DNA of 64,000 nt, taken from sequence record NC_042013.1; one strand, 5' to 3'. Position numbers and translations under genes: made by a program. Shown piece by piece: positions 49,990 to 58,837 of this stretch; the stretch's first letter is position 1, and each line of letters starts with the position of its first letter. The notes below the pieces were generated by a model. That model did no database searches, was not told where the DNA came from, and was given only the letters and a program-made list of their open reading frames with translations.

Positions 49990-50015
49990 AAGCCGGGGTT
50001 CTCCCCGGCTTTTTT
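49990..50015 (+). terminator. Rho-independent terminator after the MCP
   Basis: aagccgggg-ttct-ccccggctt-tttt. Confidence 0.85.
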
Positions 50016-50069
50016 ATTTGTTAGACATCCATAATTTTATTTTCGTATACTTACTTTATGTATAAGATA

Positions 50070-50429
50070 TCAATCCTTTTCGTAAAACTTATTACTATTA
50101 AGAGGTGTATTCCAAGCGCCTCTCCAAACCAGAAACTTTTTCATCTTTTTTACATATTTGCCATTATGAAAAGATGCTCTCTGTTTTAGTTTTCTAAGTG
50201 TTGGCATTGGAATCCATAGAGAAATCATGAAATCAAGATTTGACGGGCTGGTATACTTATATTCCCATTTCCCGTTATAATCTACTTTTTCAAGTCTTGA
50301 AATGAATGTAAGATAGACCTCGCCTTTGGTATTGATCCACAATGCACGGTCACCGATAATTCGAACGATTCGACCATAAAAAGAGAAATACTTTTCATCT
50401 TTCAAATAAACAACGTCATTCCTTTTCAT
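50070..50429 (-). CDS. Hypothetical basic protein
   Basis: 119 aa, coupled to the upstream gene. Confidence 0.6.
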   Translation of the reverse strand: MKRNDVVYLKDEKYFSFYGRIVRIIGDRALWINTKGEVYLTFISRLEKVDYNGKWEYKYTSPSNLDFMISLWIPMPTLRKLKQRASFHNGKYVKKMKKFLVWRGAWNTPLNSNKFYEKD

Positions 50430-50430
50430 A

Positions 50431-50820
50431 TTATGCCTCGGTTACTTCGTATGGCTTGTCCCATTTTCCAACATTAACGTCGACATAATGACCAACGTCG
50501 AAATAATCTGTCTGGATATCGCTATTGTTATAATTGTCGGTGTTCATAACTTCGATAACTTCGCGAAGATAGTCGAGTGCTTCTGCGGAAAAATGCTCCT
50601 TGTAGTAATAGACATTAACGTCAATATTGGTTTCCACAATCCGATCATTCCGGCTGGTTTCGTTGTAGTTTTTGATGAAGTCGATTTTACCAGATGTGAT
50701 ATTGAGAACGAGGGTTGAATGATGGCGGATTCCAAGGCGTGCCTTAATACCATACTTCTTGTTGATTTCCTTGATCTTGGGTTCAAGAGCTTTCTTTTTT
50801 TCCTGCGAAATGTAAGCCAT
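50431..50820 (-). CDS. Conserved phage early protein
   Basis: MAYISQEKK...KKYGIK..L.IRHHSTLVLNI.SGKIDF...DIQTDYFDVGHYVDVNVG.WDKPY family recalled from phages; follows a cassette. Confidence 0.8.
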   Translation of the reverse strand: MAYISQEKKKALEPKIKEINKKYGIKARLGIRHHSTLVLNITSGKIDFIKNYNETSRNDRIVETNIDVNVYYYKEHFSAEALDYLREVIEVMNTDNYNNSDIQTDYFDVGHYVDVNVGKWDKPYEVTEA

Positions 50821-50825
50821 TGGAA

Positions 50826-50880
50826 ATCTCCTTCATTCGTTTCGATGATTAAGTTATACACTATCGAAAAATAAAGTCAA
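50826..50880 (-). promoter_or_regulatory. Early promoter-leader cassette
   Basis: TTGACT-N16-TATAAC-ttaatc-ATCGAAAC-gaatg-AAGGAG; TTCGAT in the spacer forms an IR with ATCGAA. Confidence 0.85.
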
Positions 50881-50884
50881 CTGA

Positions 50885-51085
50885 TTATTCTGGTATATTG
50901 GAGAGAAAAACGGTTGTAGATTCTTCAAGACCGTTTTTATAAAAAGAGAAAATATCGCTTACTTGCATCATAGGCCAATCCTCGATGCCAAATATTTTTT
51001 CGTTGAAATATGGAATTCTGGATAAAAAGATTGGCTTTGAATCACCGTGTTCACTTGTGAATACAACTTTATGGAGTGTTGACAT
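50885..51085 (-). CDS. Hypothetical protein
   Basis: 66 aa with GGAG RBS. Confidence 0.55.
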   Translation of the reverse strand: MSTLHKVVFTSEHGDSKPIFLSRIPYFNEKIFGIEDWPMMQVSDIFSFYKNGLEESTTVFLSNIPE

Positions 51086-51102
51086 CGAAAAGCTCCGATT
51101 GG

Positions 51103-51753
51103 TTATCTTAGACCTATTTTCATTTTTACATATTCGGCAACATCGATTGATAAATTATCAATACTGTCCATTGCGACTATTTCATCGAATACCGCTGCTA
51201 ATTGTACCTCAGTAGATGGGTTTTCTATATATGTTATAACCGCACCTCTATTTTTTACTGCTATCAATTTCATTTCCTCGGTTGGGTTTTCTATACATTC
51301 AATTGCCCAACCGCTATTTTTCACAGCAGCTAATTTTACTACATCGGATGGATTCTTGATATGTTCAATGTTTGTACCCTCGTAGTTTACGGATAACAAT
51401 TGCATTTCTTCTGTAGGGTTGTCTACAAATTGTATTGCATGGCCACTTGACCGAATAGCCGCTAACTTAACAGTTTCGGATGGATTTTTTATATGTTCTA
51501 ATACCATTCCATCTTCACTAACCGCTGCTAATTGAACGTTCTCAGAAGGTTCGTTTATATATCGTATAGACGAACCATAATATTTCACAGATTCTAGTTG
51601 TAATTTTTCAGACGGATTTTTGATAAATTTTATAACATTATATCCGTAACGAACTGCTGATAAGAGCATTTCCTCGGTTGGATTTTCTATGAACCGTATT
51701 GCGGTTGGATTATAACTTAATAATTCCAAAATTTCTTCATTTGATTGTTTCAT
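51103..51753 (-). CDS. Tandem 24-aa repeat protein (DUF4116-like)
   Basis: About 8 repeats of I.NP(S/T)E.VQL.AV..NG..I. Confidence 0.8.
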   Translation of the reverse strand: MKQSNEEILELLSYNPTAIRFIENPTEEMLLSAVRYGYNVIKFIKNPSEKLQLESVKYYGSSIRYINEPSENVQLAAVSEDGMVLEHIKNPSETVKLAAIRSSGHAIQFVDNPTEEMQLLSVNYEGTNIEHIKNPSDVVKLAAVKNSGWAIECIENPTEEMKLIAVKNRGAVITYIENPSTEVQLAAVFDEIVAMDSIDNLSIDVAEYVKMKIGLR

Positions 51754-51762
51754 AGCTATCCT

Positions 51763-52545
51763 CTAGAATGAAAACAAATCGTTACCGATGCTTGGATTAT
51801 TGTCTTTGACTCGTTCTACTGCTTTTTCATAATACTCATCATTTTGTTCCATGCAAATCCATTGACGTTTTGTATTTTCGGCAGCAATAGCTGTTGTGCC
51901 AGAACCAGCGGTATTATCCAGAACCATTTCGCCGGGATTGGTATATGTTTTGATAATATATTCAAAAAGGGCGACGGGTTTTTGTGTTGGATGAAAACCG
52001 GTTTCGCGACTTATTTCAATTCGTTGTTTTGGAAAATTGGTGAATTCTTGACGATGCTCTTTACCGGCAGTTCTGAGTGAACCTTTTCCGTTAGAGATAT
52101 GCTCACCTTTGAGTGTAGCACCACCTTGGGAGGCGCTATTTTTACGAACGACACTTGCCATTTGAACGCCTTGAGGATTGTATGTGGGTTGCTTCTTATA
52201 GAAAACACAAACGTCCTCAAGGTGTCGCAATGGTTGTTTAGAGGCATTTGCGAAACCAGTAACGCTAATCTTGTCCCATACCCACGTGTATTTGAAGTGC
52301 TTTATTTGGCTTGAAATAAGGGCTGTGGTGAACGGTTGTGCGCTGGTTAGTACGATAGCACCGTTTGCTTTAATAACGCGCCAGTATTGTTCCCAAAGCG
52401 GTTCAAAGGGTATTATGCTATCCCACGCGCAAGATGTTGTACCATAAGGAAGGTCGCAGAGGATAAGATCAACGGTTCCTTGTGGAATATCTTTCATTAA
52501 TTCAAGGCAATCACCTTTTAAGAACGTACCATTACCTAATTTCAT
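51763..52545 (-). CDS. N4-cytosine/N6-adenine DNA methyltransferase (beta class), orphan
   Basis: GDCLELM, motif IV CDLPY, HPTQKPV, motif I LDNTAGSGTT. Confidence 0.9.
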   Translation of the reverse strand: MKLGNGTFLKGDCLELMKDIPQGTVDLILCDLPYGTTSCAWDSIIPFEPLWEQYWRVIKANGAIVLTSAQPFTTALISSQIKHFKYTWVWDKISVTGFANASKQPLRHLEDVCVFYKKQPTYNPQGVQMASVVRKNSASQGGATLKGEHISNGKGSLRTAGKEHRQEFTNFPKQRIEISRETGFHPTQKPVALFEYIIKTYTNPGEMVLDNTAGSGTTAIAAENTKRQWICMEQNDEYYEKAVERVKDNNPSIGNDLFSF

Positions 52546-52546
52546 A

Positions 52547-52771
52547 TTATTTCCATTTAATGTTTTTAATAATCTTCGTATTTCTTATGTAATCAAAAAT
52601 TCCCATAACAATAACATACCCAATCAGTATAGGAATAATGAAAAACCATCCGAATATTTCACGGACGGTTTTGTTTTTATGCAAAATTTTTGAATCATTT
52701 CTGGTGATATAGACACACGTTGCCATAAAACAACCATATAATATTACCGGAATAATCAATAACCAAATCAT
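52547..52771 (-). CDS. Small membrane protein
   Basis: 74 aa with two hydrophobic segments. Confidence 0.6.
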   Translation of the reverse strand: MIWLLIIPVILYGCFMATCVYITRNDSKILHKNKTVREIFGWFFIIPILIGYVIVMGIFDYIRNTKIIKNIKWK

Positions 52772-53814
52772 TTTTCGCCTTTTTTAAACAGCGTGATAGC
52801 TGCCATTTTTCTCCAGTCACCACCGGATTTGTAGATACTTGCCAACTGTACAACACGTCGCATCGTAATACCATTAAATTTTTCAATATTGGTCTTGAAA
52901 AAATCAAAAACTTCGATTTGTTCATCAACACTGATACCGTGCTTTCGAAGAAATCCCGTTTCGATGACCTGTTCGATACGAGCGAGTCGTTCCGTTGTGC
53001 CATACATGTCAAGATCGAGAACTAGGCAACGATCTTGAATTGCAGATAGATGTTTGGAAAGGCGATTGTCTTTTTCAATAAGGGCGGTGAAATCAAGGTT
53101 GGTAAGAAAGATAACAGAACCCTCGAATTTGAAGGAACTCGGAACGGATTTATTGGTGGCCGACGATACCCTCCAAGAAACAATACGTTCGTCAGATGTA
53201 TCCATTGCAGCTTTCAAAAGATTCAATGCGTCCTCGTCACCAAATACCGCATCGCAGTCATCGATTGCGAGAACTTGACCGGCTTCTTTGTGATCAAATA
53301 GGAGTTCATAAAGCGCCGCAGCGGTAGAACGACCGGCAACGATACTGAAACGAGAACCAATACGCGAGGCGTCTTCGCTTTCTTTTACATCAAAGTTTTC
53401 TTCGGAGATGGTTGTGAAAACATTTTTGACTTCGTATGTTTTGCCGATACCGGGAGGGCCAGATACGATCAAACCGCGAATGGTCCCTTCACAAACAGAC
53501 GTTGTCAGGTGCGTTAGGGCATTAAACCGTTCGGTAATGCGGTTCTTGATATCGTTATACGTTTCTACCTTATTTTCTGGTGCTGGATTCAGAACAATCG
53601 CCTCATTGTTGTTGTAATCTACAAGCACGTTTTCTGGAGAAACGTGAATGCGAAACTTCCTCTGAAGATAGTTAGGATTGGACGTTCCATCAACAAGAAT
53701 GAACGTGCCATCTTGACCGTTACGGAAAAGTGAACCTTTAAGGAGTTCGGCGGTGTATACTTCGTTACGAATAACGTGATTGCCGTGTTTTCCGTCGATG
53801 ATTTTAACTTGCAC
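52768..53814 (-). CDS. AAA+ ATPase
   Basis: Walker A SGPPGIGKT, Walker B VLAIDDCD, FLTN sensor motif, QDR arginine finger; GTG start with AAGGAG RBS. Confidence 0.85.
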   Translation of the reverse strand: MQVKIIDGKHGNHVIRNEVYTAELLKGSLFRNGQDGTFILVDGTSNPNYLQRKFRIHVSPENVLVDYNNNEAIVLNPAPENKVETYNDIKNRITERFNALTHLTTSVCEGTIRGLIVSGPPGIGKTYEVKNVFTTISEENFDVKESEDASRIGSRFSIVAGRSTAAALYELLFDHKEAGQVLAIDDCDAVFGDEDALNLLKAAMDTSDERIVSWRVSSATNKSVPSSFKFEGSVIFLTNLDFTALIEKDNRLSKHLSAIQDRCLVLDLDMYGTTERLARIEQVIETGFLRKHGISVDEQIEVFDFFKTNIEKFNGITMRRVVQLASIYKSGGDWRKMAAITLFKKGEK

Positions 53815-53825
53815 GTTCGTTCTCC

Positions 53826-54035
53826 TTAGTTAAAAGTATCAAATTTACGGTCAGCCTCGGAAACGGCTTCTTCCAGTGTGTTGTATTTTGCTGGCTTGCG
53901 GTCGGTCATTGGGATATAGAAACGCCACGTTTTATTATCATGCTGTTCCTGAATATGGAAGCCACCATTTACGTTGGATACTACGCGGTTATTGTAAAAT
54001 CCGGTTCCGATATTTTCCTTGACTACGTTGCTCAT
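53826..54035 (-). CDS. Small early hypothetical protein
   Basis: 69 aa directly behind a cassette. Confidence 0.7.
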   Translation of the reverse strand: MSNVVKENIGTGFYNNRVVSNVNGGFHIQEQHDNKTWRFYIPMTDRKPAKYNTLEEAVSEADRKFDTFN

Positions 54036-54041
54036 AAAAAT

Positions 54042-54094
54042 AACTCCCTTACGTTTCGATAAGGGAGTTATATATCATTCAAAAATAATGTCAA
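54042..54094 (-). promoter_or_regulatory. Early cassette with an RBS-sequestering hairpin
   Basis: TTGACA-N16-TATAAC; AACTCCCTTA-TCGAAACG-TAAGGGAGTT perfect 10-bp stem. Confidence 0.85.
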
Positions 54095-54098
54095 CTCT

Positions 54099-54299
54099 TT
54101 ATTTTACGAATTTCCAACCTTCTTGTTGGTATCGTCCAACAACACCGGTTTTAATGCATTTCATATCATACACGTACCTACGGGTTTTTTCACTCCATAG
54201 TTTATCAACACATTCAAACTTTTTTCCGGTTTCGAAAACATCTTTGTAAATGCTACCGACAACCGGTTCGTCTACTATTGTCCAACTCCCTTTTTCCAT
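54099..54299 (-). CDS. Hypothetical protein
   Basis: 66 aa, coupled to the upstream gene. Confidence 0.65.
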   Translation of the reverse strand: MEKGSWTIVDEPVVGSIYKDVFETGKKFECVDKLWSEKTRRYVYDMKCIKTGVVGRYQQEGWKFVK

Positions 54300-54892
54300 T
54301 ACGCATTTTCCCTTTCGCGCTTGATAACATCAATAGCAGCCATGATGTGGTTGAAAGGAACTTTCCGGCCCCGAAGATACCAATCATAACGAATCCACTT
54401 TGTGCCGAAATAGTTCTGGCAGTAATGACCTTGAACGCCAACACCCTTGACGAACGTTTCGTCACCAACGAAAGTAACGAGGGCCTCCATCGTAGCCTTA
54501 ACGATGTCGAAATTTTCGCGATTCTTTTCGATCATTTCGATAACCGATTTACGGATTACCTGTTCAGGGTTAACCTTTGCTTCGCGCTTCACAATTGGCA
54601 TAGCCTTGATTTCTTCGCGCATATCAACAAGCTTCTGAACCTGTTCCCAATGTTCAGCCGTGAAGAATTCCTGATGCTTTGGCCGGATTTGATGAAGACC
54701 GAATGGGCGGTTCCAGCAATCCTTCATGTTGTCAGCATCGTTAGCGCGTTCGGTGATTTCTTCATAGAAACGATTAAGGGCGTCGGTTGCTTCCTTAATC
54801 TTGGTCTTGGAACCTTCGCCCGCTTCCATAACGGCGTTAACGCGTGCGGTGTACATTTCGCGGGCCTTGTCGGAAAGGTCTCTGTAACCCAT
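54299..54892 (-). CDS. Early hypothetical protein
   Basis: Likely start MGYRDLSD at 54892 behind the cassette RBS. Confidence 0.75.
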   Translation of the reverse strand: MGYRDLSDKAREMYTARVNAVMEAGEGSKTKIKEATDALNRFYEEITERANDADNMKDCWNRPFGLHQIRPKHQEFFTAEHWEQVQKLVDMREEIKAMPIVKREAKVNPEQVIRKSVIEMIEKNRENFDIVKATMEALVTFVGDETFVKGVGVQGHYCQNYFGTKWIRYDWYLRGRKVPFNHIMAAIDVIKRERENA

Positions 54893-54899
54893 TTGAAAG

Positions 54900-54953
54900 T
54901 CTCCTTTGTTCGTTTCGATGATTAAGTTATACACCATCGAAAAATAAAGTCAA
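54900..54953 (-). promoter_or_regulatory. Early promoter-leader cassette
   Basis: TTGACT-N16-TATAAC-ttaatc-ATCGAAAC-gaaca-AAGGAG; TTCGAT/ATCGAA IR flanks the -10. Confidence 0.85.
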
Positions 54954-54971
54954 CTGAATATTTTGATTATT

Positions 54972-55265
54972 TTAACGTGCGTATACCGCCCCATATTCGG
55001 TTACGGCGCTGAGACCCTTGTCATCCGAATAGATAGACCCGCGCACACCTTTTGCTGGTGCTTTCCAGCTTGCTGCCTTGAGGATATGACCGGTTGCGAT
55101 TTCTACAAAGCAATAAACAGAACGCTGACCATACGATTCGGAAATGACCTTAACGTTTTTCCTACCACGTTCAGTTTGTAGATCGGGTTGATTGACACCA
55201 CGTGCCGCCCGCATAGAACTTGCAACATTGATAAAGTTTTCAAGGGCGGTTTCAAAATCGGTCAT
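54972..55265 (-). CDS. Conserved phage early protein
   Basis: SVYCFV...TG.ILKAASWKAPAKGVRGSI motif recalled from many phages. Confidence 0.8.
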   Translation of the reverse strand: MTDFETALENFINVASSMRAARGVNQPDLQTERGRKNVKVISESYGQRSVYCFVEIATGHILKAASWKAPAKGVRGSIYSDDKGLSAVTEYGAVYAR

Positions 55266-55271
55266 TTATCA

Positions 55272-55324
55272 ACTCCTGTAATGTTTCGATGATGTAGTTA
55301 TACACCATCGAAAAATAATGTCAA
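55272..55324 (-). promoter_or_regulatory. Early promoter-leader cassette
   Basis: TTGACA-N16-TATAAC-tacatc-ATCGAAAC-attac-AGGAG. Confidence 0.85.
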
Positions 55325-55331
55325 CTGATTT

Positions 55332-55532
55332 TTAAATTGCGTTGTATGCGTTATGTTCGCTAACCTCGTCACACGCCTCGAGAATGGCCTTTGCGACGAT
55401 TTCGGAAATGCCAAGAGTCTCAATAAGCATCGTTAGCTTACGATCATCTGTCCTTCCACCAACGGAACCAAAACGTTCATCAACCAGATTCGCGATGGCG
55501 ATCTTAAGAATATTAACTTCATTGATAGGCAT
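55332..55532 (-). CDS. Small early hypothetical protein
   Basis: 66 aa behind a cassette. Confidence 0.7.
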   Translation of the reverse strand: MPINEVNILKIAIANLVDERFGSVGGRTDDRKLTMLIETLGISEIVAKAILEACDEVSEHNAYNAI

Positions 55533-55540
55533 AATAAAAA

Positions 55541-55594
55541 CTCCCTTATATGTTTCGATAAGGGAGGTATATATTATTCCAAATTGGATGTCAA
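55541..55594 (-). promoter_or_regulatory. Early cassette with an RBS-sequestering hairpin
   Basis: TTGACA-N17-TATACC; CTCCCTTAT-CGAAACAT-ATAAGGGAG stem-loop. Confidence 0.8.
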
Positions 55595-55848
55595 ATGCCT
55601 AATTGAAGAATTCGGCAACTATTTACTAGATACCGATTCCCTTCAAGTTCGTATGTGTTTAAAATATCTGTTTCCAAGCCATACACTGAATAGCCAGCAT
55701 GATTGGATGCACATCTAATTGCATCAGAAATATTTTTAAACACTATACCGCCTTTATAATCTTTTGACCTACCTAATTTTTTGAATTCATAACCGAATTC
55801 ATAAATTCCTTGATCATACGATTCTTTATGGCCGACAGTAAACATCAT
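55591..55848 (-). CDS. Hypothetical protein
   Basis: 85 aa, ATGA-coupled to the Thg1-like gene. Confidence 0.65.
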   Translation of the reverse strand: MMFTVGHKESYDQGIYEFGYEFKKLGRSKDYKGGIVFKNISDAIRCASNHAGYSVYGLETDILNTYELEGNRYLVNSCRILQLGI

Positions 55849-56636
55849 TGGCTTGAATAAACCAATTCCATTCTTTCTTCGAAGGGCATGTTTCTAAAAT
55901 CAACATTGAGATTAACATACCTTGATCGAATAACAGAATCATTTTCATATTCGCCGGTAGTATCGATTTCGTAGTTTTCGCGTTTCACAAAATTACCGAA
56001 CGTTTTAAGAATGTTTTCTTCAAAATCTGGAACGCTGTTTTTTACGAGTTCAAGTTTGTCACGTGTACTCATATTCATAAGTTTAGAATGACCAAACAAA
56101 TGATGTGCGTAATCCTGAATAACGTTTCTCGTAGCATCTTGCCAACGCCATACAAGCATGTTCACCGCTTCGAATTTTTCTTTAAAAACAACGAAACGAC
56201 AATCAAACGATACCTCAGGTACATACTTATACGCCTCGTTAAAATGGTAAATCCAACGAGCAGTAAAATATGACGCCAAAACAGAATTCAACTTAGTCAG
56301 ATTTCCGTTGAAAGGTAGCTGAGAAACGCCGCCCTTTACAAGTGGTTGGAAAAACAAACTAATTTCGTCTGATTGATGAAAACCGATAGTTAGGTTGAAC
56401 TCTTTAACGGTGTCTTTAACTGCTTCCACAAAAACATTTTCAAATGCATAATCTCTTGGTTTTACCAACATATTTGAAGATGCCATTTTCTTTGTAAATT
56501 TAGAAAAAGACCGACCATCAAGCCTTGCATATAGATACAAAGTGTCGGTTTCGTCATCATCCTTAAATTCTACAAACGAACGAAGTTCTCTTTCATAACA
56601 CTTCATCCGGTCGCCAAAATCATCATTTTTCATCAT
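55845..56636 (-). CDS. thg1: tRNA(His) guanylyltransferase Thg1-like 3'-5' polymerase
   Basis: DFGDRMK.YE, YARLDGRSFSKFTK, HQSDEISL, FDCRF, WRWQDATRN. Confidence 0.9.
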   Translation of the reverse strand: MMKNDDFGDRMKCYERELRSFVEFKDDDETDTLYLYARLDGRSFSKFTKKMASSNMLVKPRDYAFENVFVEAVKDTVKEFNLTIGFHQSDEISLFFQPLVKGGVSQLPFNGNLTKLNSVLASYFTARWIYHFNEAYKYVPEVSFDCRFVVFKEKFEAVNMLVWRWQDATRNVIQDYAHHLFGHSKLMNMSTRDKLELVKNSVPDFEENILKTFGNFVKRENYEIDTTGEYENDSVIRSRYVNLNVDFRNMPFEERMELVYSSQ

Positions 56637-56955
56637 TTTTACTTTCTTGAATTTCAGACGCGACCAAGATGATAGTGTCGCCATCCTCGATTACATTTAC
56701 CTTAAGACCGTTTCGTGTGAACAAACGTTCTTTAAGAGTATTATAAGTGCTTGCTTTGTTAAGGATATTTTTAGTCTCGAGGTACAACGCCTTGTTAACA
56801 CGTACCGCAGGAACTTTACCCTTTTTGATCATCTTGTGGAATTCAAGAAGAACACTAGTGACGTTATCAGCGTACGGATTGAAGGTGATACGTGATTTTT
56901 GTTTGTCCTTGATCTTCTTAACACGCTTTGAAAGTTTGTCGAAATCGAAGCCCAT
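56623..56955 (-). CDS. Basic hypothetical protein
   Basis: 110 aa, Lys-rich, in the operon. Confidence 0.65.
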   Translation of the reverse strand: MGFDFDKLSKRVKKIKDKQKSRITFNPYADNVTSVLLEFHKMIKKGKVPAVRVNKALYLETKNILNKASTYNTLKERLFTRNGLKVNVIEDGDTIILVASEIQESKNDEK

Positions 56956-57233
56956 TATTTTCTTCCTCCTTTGAGACTTAAAATCTTATCATACAACACA
57001 TCGTCTCCTGAAGCAAGTGTCAATAGTTCATCAATTGAATCTTCGTCAACGATATATTTTACTTCAGGGGTTGATAATGCATCAACAATTTTTGTTGAAA
57101 TGCCTAATGAAGGTCCACCTGATCCACTTAAAATTTCACCGGTTGCAACACACGTAATAATGGCGGCAGTTGCGAAACCGAAACCCTCTTGTGGATATAC
57201 AGGTGAAAGAATATAATATTCTGGTTTTTTCAT
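56955..57233 (-). CDS. Hypothetical protein
   Basis: 92 aa, in the operon. Confidence 0.6.
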   Translation of the reverse strand: MKKPEYYILSPVYPQEGFGFATAAIITCVATGEILSGSGGPSLGISTKIVDALSTPEVKYIVDEDSIDELLTLASGDDVLYDKILSLKGGRK

Positions 57234-57236
57234 TAA

Positions 57237-58430
57237 TTAATCCTCGTAATCAACTTCTATAAGGTTAAGTCTTACATTTTCTAACAAGTCTTGATAATCA
57301 GGATACACTAATTGTTCCTGATTTCCAAACAGATTTGTCATTGTTATATCAAGTTCATTTACTCTATCAAACTTTCTAATGAACCTCGTTGCGTTCTTTT
57401 TAAACAACTTTTCAAACATTCTGTTATGAAGTTTTTCAGCCTTTTGTTCAATAAGATTTCTATCTGTTTGGCGTTGAGTGATTACCACACGCTTCTCTTC
57501 TGGAAGTTTTGAATAATCAGCACACGTCATTACGTTGCTTTCTTTTATGATCAAATCCTCCATTCCTGCTTTACAATGAAATATGATAGAGACCATATGA
57601 TCAAAAACAGTAACGTTAGGGCTATAAACACAAATCTTGGCAATGAAATTCCCGGTGGTGGCATCCAATACAGTTGTACTACACGCACCGTGCGACATCG
57701 TAACTGAACTCGTTTTTTTAAGAACAAAAATGTATTTCTTGCCGGTAATCCTTATTTCCTCACCAGACAAAAATAGACCAGTTGAACCATCGCCCGCATA
57801 TGTTTCAAAAAGTTTTGCACTTCTTTTCAATGCTTTCTTTGTTTCCTTTTTAATTTCTGTTTTCTTTGGAACTGGAATTTGTACTTGACTTGGTGTTTGC
57901 GTCGACCGCTTATATTCGTGTGTTATTTTAAATTCACGAATCGTGTCTTTATGTTCAAACTCATTCCATTGACGTTCAATTCTGTCCCAAAAAGAAAAGT
58001 ATCTCTCGTTTCTTTTCAACTCGTCATATGGATTATAAATGTGGATTCCATTCTTTTTGATGGCGCGTGGCATATCACGCACGAATGAGCTTTCAGGTAT
58101 GGCCAGTTGACCAACCAACTCTCGTAATTCATGACGAATGTTTTTTGGACGATTAAACACCGCATATGCAAGGCAGAATGCAACGTGTTCAACTGGTGCG
58201 TTTTTTTGCCATTCAATATATTTTTCTTCTAACCAAATAGATTGCCCTGATATTGTTTGGTCTAAAGTTTCTCGTGAATTATCGTATGAATCAATCAATC
58301 CATTTGTATCTTCGTTGAACCATATAAGCCACGCATAAACATCTGGTGGAAGTGTTTTGAATTCCATCAGTGAGTCTATACAATATTGGATATCAGGTGC
58401 AATGTAGCACATAAGATTGATTTTAATCAT
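57237..58430 (-). CDS. Hypothetical protein with a conserved-looking ICVYSP...FD segment, partner of the GG-tailed protein
   Basis: 397 aa; starts 4 nt after the stop of 58435-58788. Confidence 0.75.
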   Translation of the reverse strand: MIKINLMCYIAPDIQYCIDSLMEFKTLPPDVYAWLIWFNEDTNGLIDSYDNSRETLDQTISGQSIWLEEKYIEWQKNAPVEHVAFCLAYAVFNRPKNIRHELRELVGQLAIPESSFVRDMPRAIKKNGIHIYNPYDELKRNERYFSFWDRIERQWNEFEHKDTIREFKITHEYKRSTQTPSQVQIPVPKKTEIKKETKKALKRSAKLFETYAGDGSTGLFLSGEEIRITGKKYIFVLKKTSSVTMSHGACSTTVLDATTGNFIAKICVYSPNVTVFDHMVSIIFHCKAGMEDLIIKESNVMTCADYSKLPEEKRVVITQRQTDRNLIEQKAEKLHNRMFEKLFKKNATRFIRKFDRVNELDITMTNLFGNQEQLVYPDYQDLLENVRLNLIEVDYED

Positions 58431-58434
58431 ATTA

Positions 58435-58788
58435 TTAACCGCCAGCGAACTGCTTCATACCAACCGAGTGATTAGTTGCAATTTCAGTTGCAGTGGTTGA
58501 CGGGCGAATTGTATCAATCATATTGGTGAGGCGGCTTACAATTCCAACCTTTCCGTCTGTGAACATCTTAGCAATGTCATCATCAGGAATATTAATGGTT
58601 CGGCTGGTAACGTCCTTAAGGGAATTAACCGGAATCTCGTCTCCCGTAAACGGTGCTACAATGAAAAATCGGACACCAGCATCCAGTTTTTTCTGGATGA
58701 TTTGTTCCATTTCTTTATCTTTAGCGGCGTCCCACGTTACTACAAGGTGTCCCATTTCATTTAAAAGAGTAAGGCTTCGTTCAATCAT
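58435..58788 (-). CDS. Small protein ending in Gly-Gly (ubiquitin-like modifier candidate)
   Basis: 117 aa, AGGAG RBS, C-terminus HSVGMKQFAGG-stop; beta-strand-like N-terminus. Confidence 0.75.
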   Translation of the reverse strand: MIERSLTLLNEMGHLVVTWDAAKDKEMEQIIQKKLDAGVRFFIVAPFTGDEIPVNSLKDVTSRTINIPDDDIAKMFTDGKVGIVSRLTNMIDTIRPSTTATEIATNHSVGMKQFAGG

Positions 58789-58837
58789 TATACACTCCTA
58801 AAGTAAAAGGCCACCGTAAACGATGGCCTTGATATTG

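Noticed and set aside
52768-53814. Calling the AAA ATPase the gp44 clamp loader
   Set aside because: No gp45/gp62 neighbours, and the N-terminal domain and context (early accessory operon) do not fit.
54278-54925. 215-aa plus-strand antisense ORF
   Set aside because: Same in-register shadow of a cassette-driven minus-strand gene.
50826-55594. CRISPR-like array suggested by recurring cgtttcgatgattaagttata
   Set aside because: The copies are separated by whole genes of variable length, carry -35/-10/RBS elements, and no cas genes are present.
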